Below, piece by piece: positions 33,863-43,845 of a stretch of DNA of 64,000 bases. This DNA comes from Actinomycetota bacterium (GTDB lineage Bacteria > Actinomycetota > Thermoleophilia > Gaiellales > Gaiellaceae): contig JBKPLL010000056.1 of NCBI GenBank assembly GCA_046731605.1, forward strand, positions 1,664 to 65,663, given 5' to 3'. Made by a program: the position numbers and the translations under genes. Below the pieces are notes generated by a model. That model did no database searches and had not been told where the DNA came from. It was given only the letters and a program-made list of their open reading frames with translations. The stretch's first letter is position 1, and each line of letters opens with the position of its first letter.

Positions 33863-34623
33863 ACGTCGAAGCGGCCGCCGCGGGCGCGAGCGCGGGCGGC
33901 GGAAACCTCGTGGGCGCGCCCCTCGAGCTCGTCGGGGAGCGGCTCCAGCTCGGGAGCGTCGTGGGTACCGAGGCGGTGGGCGAGCGCCTGGGCGAGCAGC
34001 CAGTCGGCGAGCCAGGCGTTGCGAGGCAGGAGCGGGCCGTGGAGGTAGGTGCCGACGACGCGTCCGGTGCGGCAGCCCTCGAAGCCGCTCTCGCCGTCGT
34101 TGCCGAAGCCTGCAAGCACGCGCCCGAGTGGCTCAGCACCCGGATCGAGCCGCGTGCGACCGGCGTGGTTCTCGAAGCCGGCGAGGGTTCGCCTCTCGCC
34201 GGGCTCCAGCTCGCACTCGATCAGCACGTCGCCGATCATGCGCCGGTCGCCGGCGACGGTCTCGAGCGGGAGCAGGGCGATGCCGGGCATGTCCTCGCCG
34301 TGGAAGCCGCGATAGCCGCGGCCGAGCAGCTGGTACCCCCCGCAGACCGCCAGCGCCGCCGCGCCGCGGTCGACCGCCTCGCGCAGCCCGTCCGCCTTCC
34401 GCACGAGATCCTCCGCGACGAGCAGCTGCTCCCGGTCCTGTCCGCCCCCGGCGTAGAAGAGGTCGTGCTCGCCGGGCACCACCTCGTCGCCCATCCCCAG
34501 CGCTGTGACCTCGAGCTCGTGGCCACGCCAGGCCGCCCGCCGGGTGAGCACCGCGATGTTTCCGCGATCCGCGTAGATGTTGAGGTAGTCGGGGTAGAGG
34601 TGACCGACCCGGATCGTCGTCAT
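33859..34623 (-). CDS. gatD: lipid II isoglutaminyl synthase, glutaminase subunit (CobQ-type GATase)
   Basis: ATG 34623 in track ORF 33859..35367. Catalytic Cys AVCGGYQLLG, His YLHGPLL. Start overlaps the murT stop. Confidence 0.85.
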   Translation of the reverse strand: MTTIRVGHLYPDYLNIYADRGNIAVLTRRAAWRGHELEVTALGMGDEVVPGEHDLFYAGGGQDREQLLVAEDLVRKADGLREAVDRGAAALAVCGGYQLLGRGYRGFHGEDMPGIALLPLETVAGDRRMIGDVLIECELEPGERRTLAGFENHAGRTRLDPGAEPLGRVLAGFGNDGESGFEGCRTGRVVGTYLHGPLLPRNAWLADWLLAQALAHRLGTHDAPELEPLPDELEGRAHEVSAARARARGGRFDV

Positions 34624-35996
34624 CTCGACCGCTCCCAGTAGGGCTTTGCGAGCCCCCGCGCGGCGAGCAGCCGCTGCAGGCCGAGCATCGCGGTGTAGGT
34701 GGGAAGAACGACGAGCTCGCCGGCGTCCGGTGTCAGCTCGAGGCCGCGGTCGAGCGCGTCCCTGAGGCCGGGCTCGAGCTCGATGGCGTGTTCGTCGAGG
34801 CCGCCGTAGCGGAAGCGGAGGGCGAGCTCGGCGGCGCGGCCACCGCTCGCCACGAGTGTCTCCAGACCCGGCAGCAACGGCTCGAAGTCGACGTCCCAGA
34901 TCCAGGAGACGTCGCGTCCGTCCGCGATCTCGTCGTTCAGCGCGACGACGACGAGCCGCGGCGCGCCGCCGTCCACGAGCGTCCTCACCGCCTCGTTCGC
35001 GCCGGCCGGATTCTTGATCAGGAGCAGGAGAATGCGCTTCCCGCCGACGGCGATCCGCTCGAAGCGGCCGAAGGCCGCGGAGAAGCGCTCCAGCCCGGCC
35101 GCGATCTCGTCGAGCCCGGCCCCGAGCGCTCGCGCCAGCGCCGCCGCGCCGACCGCGTTGTAGACGTTGTAGAGCCCGGGCAGCCTGAGCTCGATCCGGC
35201 GTGAGCCTTCCGGCGTATCGAGCCGGAACGCGGCGCGCTCCAGCCCTCGCAGGGAGATCTCCCGCGCAGCGACCTGCAGCTGCGGCCGGGCGTGGTCGCC
35301 GCGAGGGCAGCGGTAGTCGCCGAGGTGTCCGACATACGCGGCGGCGTAGTCGTACGGCGTGCCGCAACGGATGCAGTACTTCGAGTCGGCCGCGTGCTGG
35401 AGCGAGGGGCGGGCGACGGCGGGGTCGTCGAGCCCGAACGCGACGCCCCCCGCGTGCGTCTCTCCGACACCGGCGAGCTGAGGGTCGTCGGCGTTGTAGA
35501 CGAGCCGAGTCTCCGCAGGCAGCGCGGCGATCGCCGCCCGCCAGCGCTCGGTCACCAGCTCGAGCTCGCCGTAGCGGTCGAGCTGGTCACGGAAGAGATT
35601 GCCGAGGCAGACCGCCCTCGGGCGCAGCCGCCCCACGAGCTCGGGTAATGCGCCCTCGTCCACCTCGAACAGCCCCAGCTCGGCGTCACCCGCGCTGAGC
35701 AGCGCCGACGCGACGCCCGAGACGAGGTTCGCGCCGGCCGCGTTGTGCGCGAGCCGGTGCCGCGGCCGCAGGATCTCCGCTGCCATTGCCGTAGTCGTGG
35801 TCTTGCCGTTCGTGGCGGAGACGACTGCGATCCCGGCCTCGAGCCGCGAGGCGAGACGGTCGATCGCACCGCGGTCGAGCTCGGCCAGCAACTTGCCGGG
35901 GATCGTCGTGCCGCCTCCGGCGCCGAGGCGCCTCGAAAGCGCGGCCACGCCGCGCGCGGCTGCGATTTCGAGCCGGAGTGGGGGGTGGAGACGCAT
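34620..35996 (-). CDS. murT: Mur ligase family protein MurT (lipid II isoglutaminyl synthase)
   Basis: Track ORF 34620..36017; ATG 35996 preferred (GTG 36017 possible). ATP site SATNGKTTT. Cys4 ribbon CIRCG...CPRGDH. DUF1727-like C-terminus. Confidence 0.85.
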   Translation of the reverse strand: MRLHPPLRLEIAAARGVAALSRRLGAGGGTTIPGKLLAELDRGAIDRLASRLEAGIAVVSATNGKTTTTAMAAEILRPRHRLAHNAAGANLVSGVASALLSAGDAELGLFEVDEGALPELVGRLRPRAVCLGNLFRDQLDRYGELELVTERWRAAIAALPAETRLVYNADDPQLAGVGETHAGGVAFGLDDPAVARPSLQHAADSKYCIRCGTPYDYAAAYVGHLGDYRCPRGDHARPQLQVAAREISLRGLERAAFRLDTPEGSRRIELRLPGLYNVYNAVGAAALARALGAGLDEIAAGLERFSAAFGRFERIAVGGKRILLLLIKNPAGANEAVRTLVDGGAPRLVVVALNDEIADGRDVSWIWDVDFEPLLPGLETLVASGGRAAELALRFRYGGLDEHAIELEPGLRDALDRGLELTPDAGELVVLPTYTAMLGLQRLLAARGLAKPYWERSR

Positions 35997-36068
35997 CGGG
36001 CGAGCGTACCCGGACACGCCTGCACGGGACTACTTGCGGATTCCTCAACCTGCTCTACACTTATTGAC

Positions 36069-36755
36069 ATGGCCGAGAAGCCCCGCTACCGGGCGCTGGC
36101 CTCGATCGACCCGCAGGAGCTCGCGGAGTTCCAGGCCGGTATCCGCAAGCGCTACACCGACGAGCAGATCGTGGCGGAGATCGTCGCCTGCGCCGAGCGC
36201 CTCGGGCGCTCCCCGACCATGCGGGAGTTCGCCGCCGACACGGAGACCGCGGTGCATCCCCAGACGGTGATCGAGCACTTCGGCTCGTGGAACGCCGCGA
36301 AGCGCGCCGCAGGGCTCGTGCCGCGGCGGTTCGCAACGCGCGAGGAGCTGCTCGGCCTGCTGCGCACCCTCGGCGAGGAGCTCGGCCGTCCGCCCACAGC
36401 GCGCGACATCGACGAGCACAAGGGCCGCCTGCCGTCGAAGTCGCTCTACTGGCACACCTTCGGCTCACTCACGAATGCCCTTCGCGAGGCCGGGTTCGAC
36501 GTGCCGGTGGGGGAGGAGAGGCTCGAGCGGGCAGTCGACCAGGGGGTCGCGCTCGCCGAAAGGCTCGGCCGGCTCCCGAAGTTCGCGGACTGGGCCGAGG
36601 CGCGGCGCGCGGACGACTCGCTGCTGACGGAGTGGCAGGTCTACCGGATGTTCGACGCGCGGCGCGGGGCGTGGTCGACGTTCCAGTTCCTCGTCCGCCA
36701 GCGCCTCTCGGAACAAGACCGGGAGGTCGCGAGCGACGGGACCCTGCAGCGCTAG
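36069..36755 (+). CDS. protein made of three homing-endonuclease-associated (HNH-associated) repeats, no nuclease domain
   Basis: ATG 36069 in track ORF 35745..36755. Three ~45-aa repeats of the pattern LGR.PT..(D/E)....(H/W).FGS(W/L)..A...AG. Confidence 0.7.
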   Translation: MAEKPRYRALASIDPQELAEFQAGIRKRYTDEQIVAEIVACAERLGRSPTMREFAADTETAVHPQTVIEHFGSWNAAKRAAGLVPRRFATREELLGLLRTLGEELGRPPTARDIDEHKGRLPSKSLYWHTFGSLTNALREAGFDVPVGEERLERAVDQGVALAERLGRLPKFADWAEARRADDSLLTEWQVYRMFDARRGAWSTFQFLVRQRLSEQDREVASDGTLQR

Positions 36756-36762
36756 GCGACAG

Positions 36763-37563
36763 CTACGCGGCGGCGGCCGCGATGACCGCGAGCCGCGCGA
36801 GGCAGTACGCGCTCTGGCCGGGCGCCCGCACGGCAGGCAGAGCCGATTCCTCGACGTAGCTGCGATCGGGACGGAAGCGGCAGTTACGCGCGACGCGGCC
36901 GTCCCGCAGCGCGAGGAAGGTCCCGTCCCGCAACTCGCTCATGCGAAGCCGCACGCCGGTGTACTCGGAAGCGATCTCGAGAGCTGCCCGGGTGGAGGCG
37001 AAGAAGACCACGTCGCGGCCCTTGCCGAGCCACAGCGGCCGGCCGACGCCGCGGGCGACGAAGACCGTTCCCAGCTCGCGCTCGTCGAGCCAGGCGGTGG
37101 CCATCGAGCCGCCGATCGCCTCGAGCGAGCGCGGATCGTTCTGCGAGTGCGCGGCGAGCGCGAAGATCGCCTCCGAGTCGACGCTCATCCGCGGCTCGGA
37201 GCGCGCGCAGGAGTGGGGGGCGAGCAACTCGTCGTCGTTGACGATGATCCCGTTGTGGATCCCCACCACCGGGCCGTGCCGCACCGGGTGGTTGTTGGCC
37301 GGAATCGAGGGATGGCCCTTCGTGTAGTCGCGGACGTGAACGAGCAGCTCGTTCGCGTGGGCCGGCACGCTGATCCGGTCGAGCAGGCGACTCGCGGGCG
37401 TGCGCTGTTTCGTCACGACCGGAGAGGCGTCCTGTCCGCCTCGATAGGCAAATCCGACTGCGTCCGCGCCACGATCGGCGATTCCGGCCAGCAGCGCCTG
37501 CGCAGCGAGCGTCCGGTCGACGCCGCTTCGAGGGGAAAGGCTGTATCCAGCTATGCCGCACAT
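36763..37563 (-). CDS. stand-alone class II (Ntn) glutamine amidotransferase domain protein
   Basis: 266-aa track ORF. N-terminal nucleophile MCGIAGY. Motifs HNGIIVN...DSEAIF. Confidence 0.8.
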   Translation of the reverse strand: MCGIAGYSLSPRSGVDRTLAAQALLAGIADRGADAVGFAYRGGQDASPVVTKQRTPASRLLDRISVPAHANELLVHVRDYTKGHPSIPANNHPVRHGPVVGIHNGIIVNDDELLAPHSCARSEPRMSVDSEAIFALAAHSQNDPRSLEAIGGSMATAWLDERELGTVFVARGVGRPLWLGKGRDVVFFASTRAALEIASEYTGVRLRMSELRDGTFLALRDGRVARNCRFRPDRSYVEESALPAVRAPGQSAYCLARLAVIAAAAA

Positions 37564-37671
37564 GTCGTTTACGAAGAGCTTTCTCTATGAACGTACTTGT
37601 CCCTCCCGACGGTATCGGCAGGGGGTTAGGGGTTTCTAAAGCCGCAATCCCCCTTAGCCGATATACGCGCA

Positions 37672-38544
37672 ATGGAGCATTCCTATGCGGCTGAGGGCGT
37701 TCCGGCCTCCGAACAAACGGCGTCTGAGGATCCGCTCAAGCTCTACGTACGCCAGATCGGGGGCGGCCCGCTGCTCACGCGCGAGGAAGAGCGGGAGCTC
37801 GCACGCCGGAAGGACGAGGGCGACGAGGAGGCAAAGCGGCGCCTGATCGAGTCGAATCTGCGGCTCGTGATGGCGATCACGCGGAACTACACGAAAGCGA
37901 GCGTCCCGCTGCTCGACCTGATCCAGGAAGGGAACCTCGGCCTCATCCGGGCTGTGGAGAAGTTCGACTACCGGCTCGGCTACAAGCTCTCGACCTACGC
38001 GACCTGGTGGATCCGCCAGGCGATCACGCGCGCGCTTGCCGATCAGGGAAGAACGATTCGGCTCCCCGTGCACGTGGCCGACCAGGTCCGGCGGTTGCTG
38101 CGCGCCCGCCGCCAGCTGGCGCAGAAGTTCAACCGCGAGCCGACGCTCGCAGAGCTCGCGCGCGAGACGCAGCAGACCGAGGAGCGGGTGCGCGAGCTGC
38201 TCGAGCTCGTCGAGATCCCGGTCAGCCTCGACAGTCCCGTGGGCGACGGCGAGAGCCTGTACGGCGACCTGATCGAGGACGTCCATTCGCTCGCACCGCA
38301 CGACCAGTCGGCGGAGCAGGCGCGGAAGAGGGAGCTTGCGGGGGCGCTCGAGCAGCTCAACCCGCGCATGCGGCGCGTACTCTCGCTCCGCTTCGGCCTC
38401 GACGGCGAGCATCCGCAGACGCTCGAGGAGGTCGGCTCCCAGCTCGGCATCACGCGCGAGCGGGTCCGCCAGCTCGAGACGCGGGCGCTACGCGAGCTGA
38501 GAGCCGCCGCTCCGGGTCTCGAGCACTATCTGCGGGCGGAGTAG
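37672..38544 (+). CDS. RNA polymerase sigma-70 factor, group 2-like (no long region 1.1)
   Basis: 290-aa track ORF. Regions 2-4: [43 protein letters not shown]. Confidence 0.9.
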   Translation: MEHSYAAEGVPASEQTASEDPLKLYVRQIGGGPLLTREEERELARRKDEGDEEAKRRLIESNLRLVMAITRNYTKASVPLLDLIQEGNLGLIRAVEKFDYRLGYKLSTYATWWIRQAITRALADQGRTIRLPVHVADQVRRLLRARRQLAQKFNREPTLAELARETQQTEERVRELLELVEIPVSLDSPVGDGESLYGDLIEDVHSLAPHDQSAEQARKRELAGALEQLNPRMRRVLSLRFGLDGEHPQTLEEVGSQLGITRERVRQLETRALRELRAAAPGLEHYLRAE

Positions 38545-38548
38545 CCGC

Positions 38549-39709
<1,161 letters not shown>

Positions 39710-39833
39710 GTCCAGTGCACGATAAGCGATGTTATGTCAAGTAGCGGGGGACGACGCTCGCAGAGCTCCTCTTCCCGCTGCGTTAAGTGAGAGGACGTCG
39801 CCCCGCCGAGCGTGCTTGCTCTGGAGCCCGCCT

Positions 39834-40478
39834 TCAGCCTACGCGGCGATAGCGGATGTGCGTGGCCAGCGGCGAATGCAGCACCTCTACGGGCTCCATG
39901 CCGAGGGACTCGACGCCGTCGAAGATCCGTTCGCCCGACCCGAGCAAGACCGGGGTGAGGTCGAGCGTGAGCTCGTCGACGACTCCGGCGCTAAGCGCCT
40001 GCCTGACGGTCCAGGCGCCCCCGGCGATGTCCACCCCGCCGTCGCCGGCGGCTTCGCACGCCTGCGCGTAGGCGGCGTCGAACCCGCCGGTCACGAAATG
40101 GAACGTCGTGTTGCCCTCCATCTGGATCGGCTCGCGAGCGTGATGCGTGAGCACAAACACCGGAGCGTGGTACGGCGGCTCGGGTCCCCACCACCCGCGC
40201 CAGTCCTCGTCCCATTCACCGCGGACCGGCCCGAACATGTTGCGACCCATGACGTAGGCGCCGCGCGGACGCATGAGCCAGCCGGCCGCCGTCTCGTCGG
40301 CTTCGTTGGCGCGCTCGTCGCCCAGGTGCCAGCGGTGCAGTTCCTTCCCGCGCTTGCCCAGCGGCTCATCGCGGCTCTGGTCTGGACCGGCGACGAAGCC
40401 GTCGAGCGAGATCGACATATGGCATGTGGTGACCTGCAAGCGGGCCACCCTAAGCCACCTGAGAGCCGCCCGCAACAA
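39834..40478 (-). CDS. dihydrofolate reductase family protein (RibD C-terminal domain type)
   Basis: 214-aa track ORF. Motif MSISLDGFVAGPD is typical of the family. The true start could be ATG 40418. Confidence 0.75.
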   Translation of the reverse strand: MLRAALRWLRVARLQVTTCHMSISLDGFVAGPDQSRDEPLGKRGKELHRWHLGDERANEADETAAGWLMRPRGAYVMGRNMFGPVRGEWDEDWRGWWGPEPPYHAPVFVLTHHAREPIQMEGNTTFHFVTGGFDAAYAQACEAAGDGGVDIAGGAWTVRQALSAGVVDELTLDLTPVLLGSGERIFDGVESLGMEPVEVLHSPLATHIRYRRVG

Positions 40479-40491
40479 CTCGCCGAGTTAT

Positions 40492-40548
40492 CCACAGGAT
40501 GCACAGAGTGCTGTGGAAATGTTGATTATTCAACGTTCGCAAATTGCG
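40492..40548. promoter_or_regulatory. cluster of three dyad symmetries in an AT-rich divergent control region
   Basis: CCACAG-N13-CTGTGG (40492-40516), GTTGA-TTAT-TCAAC (40521-40534), CGCAA-A-TTGCG (40538-40548). Confidence 0.35.
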
Positions 40549-40559
40549 GCATTTTTCGC

Positions 40560-40735
40560 TTCACGACCCCTTGCGACATGACCCGAGAGGCCATACATTC
40601 CCTCTTGCGCCGAGCACGGCGCGGGAGTAGGACGAAGCAGCACCGGAAGGCTGTACGGGGCGGCTCGCAAGGGCCGAAGCGGAAAGTCAGTCGGAGTTGT
40701 GGACGAAACCGCGACCGACTCGGCGAATTTTTTTT
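40560..40735 (+). ncRNA. candidate structured RNA (cis-regulatory leader or sRNA) ending in a T8 terminator
   Basis: 9-bp helix 40568-76/40665-73 encloses two hairpins. This is followed by AGTCGG...CCGACT (40689-40720) and TTTTTTTT (40728-35). No convincing ORF. No known family recognised. Confidence 0.3.
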
Positions 40736-40788
40736 GGTCCGCCCTGCTCCTGCGGCGCCGCGAGTTGCGGCCGACTAGGATTGCCGTG

Positions 40789-41010
40789 ATGCACCCGCCA
40801 CGTCCGCCGAGCATCGACCAGGGCGTGATCGCACTGATCTGGGCGGTCGGCCTGGCGATCTACATTTATTTCGGGCTCATCGCAGTCGGCGCGAGCGGCG
40901 CGACGGCGATCGTGCTCGCTCTGGTGTCGCTCGCCGGGATCTGGTTGCTCGTGCGCCTTCGCGGCGAGGACACGCCCGTTCGCCGCCGCCCCAACCGCGG
41001 GCAGCGCTAG
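40789..41010 (+). CDS. two-TM small membrane protein (73 aa)
   Basis: ATG 40789 with AGGA 9 nt upstream, in track ORF 40699..41010. MHPPRPPSIDQGVIALIWAVGLAIYIYFGLIAVGASGATAIVLALVSLAGIWLLV. Confidence 0.5.
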   Translation: MHPPRPPSIDQGVIALIWAVGLAIYIYFGLIAVGASGATAIVLALVSLAGIWLLVRLRGEDTPVRRRPNRGQR

Positions 41011-41017
41011 CGAGCGC

Positions 41018-41197
41018 TCACGCCGCTCGGCGCGTGCTGTGCGGCGCGAGCGCGAAGAGCAACTTGCGCGCGAGGTCCTCGCCGAGCGCTGCCTTGAGCC
41101 GATCCCGCGCGGAGACGGCCTTCGGATCGAGGCTCTGGAGATGCAAGGCGAGGAGCCGTGCCCCCCGATGAGTCGTCTTCTGGGCCAAGACGTTCAT
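41018..41197 (-). CDS. hypothetical 59-aa protein
   Basis: ATG 41197 to TGA 41018: MNVLAQKTTHRGARLLALHLQSLDPKAVSARDRLKAALGEDLARKLLFALAPHSTRRAA. Strong G/C third-position bias. One residue under the track cutoff. Confidence 0.4.
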   Translation of the reverse strand: MNVLAQKTTHRGARLLALHLQSLDPKAVSARDRLKAALGEDLARKLLFALAPHSTRRAA

Positions 41198-41304
41198 CTC
41201 AGTCCCGTATATCGGAGGACCTACCCGTTTAGCGTGATCCCTCCGGGCAGGGATCCGCGGCCACTTCCCTCGTTCGGGAGGCGGCCGCGGGTTGCTGTCC
41301 TGCG

Positions 41305-41922
41305 TCAGCGAGACGGAATCCGTGTCCGCGACCGGGTCTGCGCGGTCTCCTCCGTAGGAGTCGCGGGCGTGGTGGAACCACGCGTCGCCGCGTAGCGCCG
41401 CTCGGCCGCCACGGGCTCGTCGGCCACTCTCGGGCCGGTCGTCGTCTCTACCGGCCCGGCATAGGCCGGCTCAGCCTCGGTCACCGGCGCCGGAACGCCG
41501 TCGAACGAGAGGCCCAGCATCAGGCCGAATGCGAACGCCAGCACGCCCTGCCAGAGGCCGATCGAATGGACGAGCCCGAGGATCCCGATCGAGTTGCTCC
41601 ACGAGTCGAGTCTCCCCTCCTGCCAGCCGTTGCCCGGCTGGTTCGCGATGAGGATCCAGCCGACGCACACGAGCACCGGCAGGAACGCGAGGGCGAACGT
41701 GCCCGGCGACAGTCGCAGCCTGAGCCCCTTCGTCCACGTTCCGACGTGGTTTGCCAGCGCGATCAGCAGTCCGGCCCCGGCGACGATCGCCATCGAGAGC
41801 CAGAAGCGTCCGGTCGTCTGCATCCCGACCTGGGTTGCGCCCCAGAGAGCGAGGCCCGCCAACGCCGCAGCGAGAGCGAGCGTCAGACCGCGGGATGCGT
41901 CGTACATGCCATACCTGCGCAT
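41305..41922 (-). CDS. integral membrane protein, function unknown
   Basis: ATG 41922 with GAGGTG 6 nt upstream, in track ORF 41305..42009. About five hydrophobic segments and a Pro/Thr-rich tail. Confidence 0.65.
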   Translation of the reverse strand: MRRYGMYDASRGLTLALAAALAGLALWGATQVGMQTTGRFWLSMAIVAGAGLLIALANHVGTWTKGLRLRLSPGTFALAFLPVLVCVGWILIANQPGNGWQEGRLDSWSNSIGILGLVHSIGLWQGVLAFAFGLMLGLSFDGVPAPVTEAEPAYAGPVETTTGPRVADEPVAAERRYAATRGSTTPATPTEETAQTRSRTRIPSR

Positions 41923-41995
41923 TCTCTTCACCTCGTTCCGTTGCCCGTTCCCCAGTGGAACGGCCGAGTCCCACCTCGGGGTGCGGCCACCCGGA

Positions 41996-42595
41996 CTACT
42001 CGAGTGCAAGCCTGCGCGCGTCGAACGAGGAAGACCACAACTCCGCCCGGAACTCGTCGAGCGTCGTGAGAGCGTCCTCGGCGAACATGTGTTCCACCAC
42101 CCCTATTTCGCGGTCGTTGTGGAACGGGACGTCGACGTGCGGGTGCGAGACGAGATTCAGCGACAGCCGGTGGCAGGTCGGGCAGCGCACGGCGAGGCCC
42201 ACTGTTCCGTCCGTCGCGCTGAGCAGCGAGAACGAGGACGGGAAGACGGGACGCGGCTGCTCCTCGGGATAGCAGAAGAAGCTCCACGGCCACTCGCCAC
42301 GCCGGATGTGTCCCGCGGCGAGTTCGCCGAGCTCGGCGGCCACAGGGTCGAGGCGGGCGGTCATGAGGTTAAAGAACTCGCGGGCGCCGAGGCCGAGGGG
42401 CGCCCAGTCGAGCTCGTCGTGCGTGAGGAGGCCGTCGTGCTCCTCCCCGCACGAGCAGGCGAAGCGGACGCGGAAGACCGCGGGATGCGCTGCGCCGGGG
42501 AGCTGCTCGATGCAGCGGAAGGCCGAGAGCAGAACGCGCGTCTCGCCGCGCACCGGACAGGCGAACGCGTACCGACCCGTGAGGGGGTCGTACAT
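41996..42595 (-). CDS. Cys-rich hypothetical protein
   Basis: 199-aa track ORF with ATG start and G/C-ending codons. Scattered CP/CxC/CxxC motifs (CPVRG, CSCGEEH, CPTCH). Confidence 0.65.
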   Translation of the reverse strand: MYDPLTGRYAFACPVRGETRVLLSAFRCIEQLPGAAHPAVFRVRFACSCGEEHDGLLTHDELDWAPLGLGAREFFNLMTARLDPVAAELGELAAGHIRRGEWPWSFFCYPEEQPRPVFPSSFSLLSATDGTVGLAVRCPTCHRLSLNLVSHPHVDVPFHNDREIGVVEHMFAEDALTTLDEFRAELWSSSFDARRLALE

Positions 42596-42629
42596 GAGGA
42601 CGTTGTAGAGGTCGCGCCGGACGGCGAGA

Positions 42630-43151
42630 TCAGTACGTGAGCAGCGAGAAGAGGTCGTACTGGTCGAGTCGGCTGCGACCGCCGAGGAACGAGAGCTCGA
42701 TCACGAAGTTCACGCCGACCACGGTGCCGCCGAGCTGCTCGACGAGGCCCGCGATCGCCTCCACCGTTCCCCCGGTTGCGAGGACATCGTCGTGGATGAC
42801 GACGCGCGCTCCGCCGCCGATCGCGTCGGCCGCGACCTCGAGGGTGTTCTTGCCGTACTCGAGCGCGTACGTGGCGGATACGGTCTGCGGCGGGAGCTTG
42901 CCGGGCCGCCGGGCCGCGACGAACCCGCAGCCTGCCTCCACCGCGATCGCCGCGCCGAGCCAGAAGCCGCGCGCTTCGGCGCCGAGCACGAGGTCGGCCC
43001 GGCGCTCGCGCGTCCAGTTCGCAAGCTCTCCGACAGCCTGCTGCAGGGCCTGCGGGTCGAGGAGCAGCGGCGAGATGTCCTTGAAGCCGACGCCGGGCTC
43101 GGGAAAGTCCGGCACTTCCCGGACGCACGTCGTGAGGTCGATCTCCGTCAC
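42630..43151 (-). CDS. apt: adenine phosphoribosyltransferase
   Basis: 173-aa track ORF. PRPP motif VVIHDDVLATGGT. FPEPGVGFKDISP. Confidence 0.9.
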   Translation of the reverse strand: MTEIDLTTCVREVPDFPEPGVGFKDISPLLLDPQALQQAVGELANWTRERRADLVLGAEARGFWLGAAIAVEAGCGFVAARRPGKLPPQTVSATYALEYGKNTLEVAADAIGGGARVVIHDDVLATGGTVEAIAGLVEQLGGTVVGVNFVIELSFLGGRSRLDQYDLFSLLTY

Positions 43152-43161
43152 GCGGGCGAGG

Positions 43162-43845
43162 CTACTCGACGAGGCGCCGGACGTTGCGGCGCAAGAGCAG
43201 GTCGGCGAGCTCCTGGGCGCTCTGCCCGAGTCGCTGCAAGTCGCCGAGCGCGGCCTGCCGGCGGTCGGCGCTTCGGGAGCGCAGAGCCGGCCCGATCACA
43301 GCTTCGAGAAGGCTGCTCTCGCGGTCCGCGGCCGTGCGGAAGGCGCGGAGGTTCCGCGCACCGATCCCGAACTGCGCGAGCGCCTCGCACGCGGCGGCGA
43401 TGTCCGCCTCGCTCTCGGCGTAGATCCGCTGTCCATCCTCGACGCGCGGCTCGAGCAACCCGAACTCCTCGAGCTCGCGGGCGCGCTGGGTGGTGATACC
43501 TGCGCGTTCGCAGAGCCCCTCGAGATCGAGCTCCTCCTCCCCCACGTCGACCGCACTGCGCCGCCGCCGGCGTTGCTTGCCCGCACCGGCCTCGAGCTCC
43601 TGCCGGATCACGCGCAGCGGCAGGAACTCGTCGCGCTGCAGACGGAGAATCGTCTCCAGCCGCTCGACGTCGTCCTCGGAGAAGAGCCGGTAGCCGCCCT
43701 GTGTCCGCCTCGGAGTGAGGAGCCCCTGATCCTCGAGGTAACGGATCTTCGAGATCGAGACGTCCGGGAACTCGCTCTGGAGCCGGCTACAGACCGTGCC
43801 GATCGTGAGGAGGCGCCGGCGCGAGGGGGCTTCCGTGGTGCTCAT
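43162..43845 (-). CDS. MerR family transcriptional regulator (FtsR-like)
   Basis: 227-aa track ORF. MerR HTH ISKIRYLEDQGLLTPRRTQGGYRLF. Follows the FHA gene as in actinobacterial FHA/MerR pairs. Confidence 0.85.
   Translation of the reverse strand: MSTTEAPSRRRLLTIGTVCSRLQSEFPDVSISKIRYLEDQGLLTPRRTQGGYRLFSEDDVERLETILRLQRDEFLPLRVIRQELEAGAGKQRRRRRSAVDVGEEELDLEGLCERAGITTQRARELEEFGLLEPRVEDGQRIYAESEADIAAACEALAQFGIGARNLRAFRTAADRESSLLEAVIGPALRSRSADRRQAALGDLQRLGQSAQELADLLLRRNVRRLVE

Noticed and set aside
40600-40700. SRP RNA (GGAA tetraloop with AGCAGC), RNase P P4-like GGAAAGTC, guanidine riboswitch-like CCGAGAGG / GGACGAA strings
   Set aside because: The order and pairing of the elements do not fit SRP domain IV. 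The region is far too short for RNase P. The ykkC/mini-ykkC consensus parts are missing. It is kept only as an unclassified structured-RNA candidate.
39729-40778. 349-aa plus-strand ORF, and the basic 66-aa ORF starting at 40578
   Set aside because: The long ORF is antisense to the DHFR-family gene and then crosses the AT-rich non-coding region with mixed codon usage. No motifs were found, so RNA structure is the better explanation for 40560-40735.
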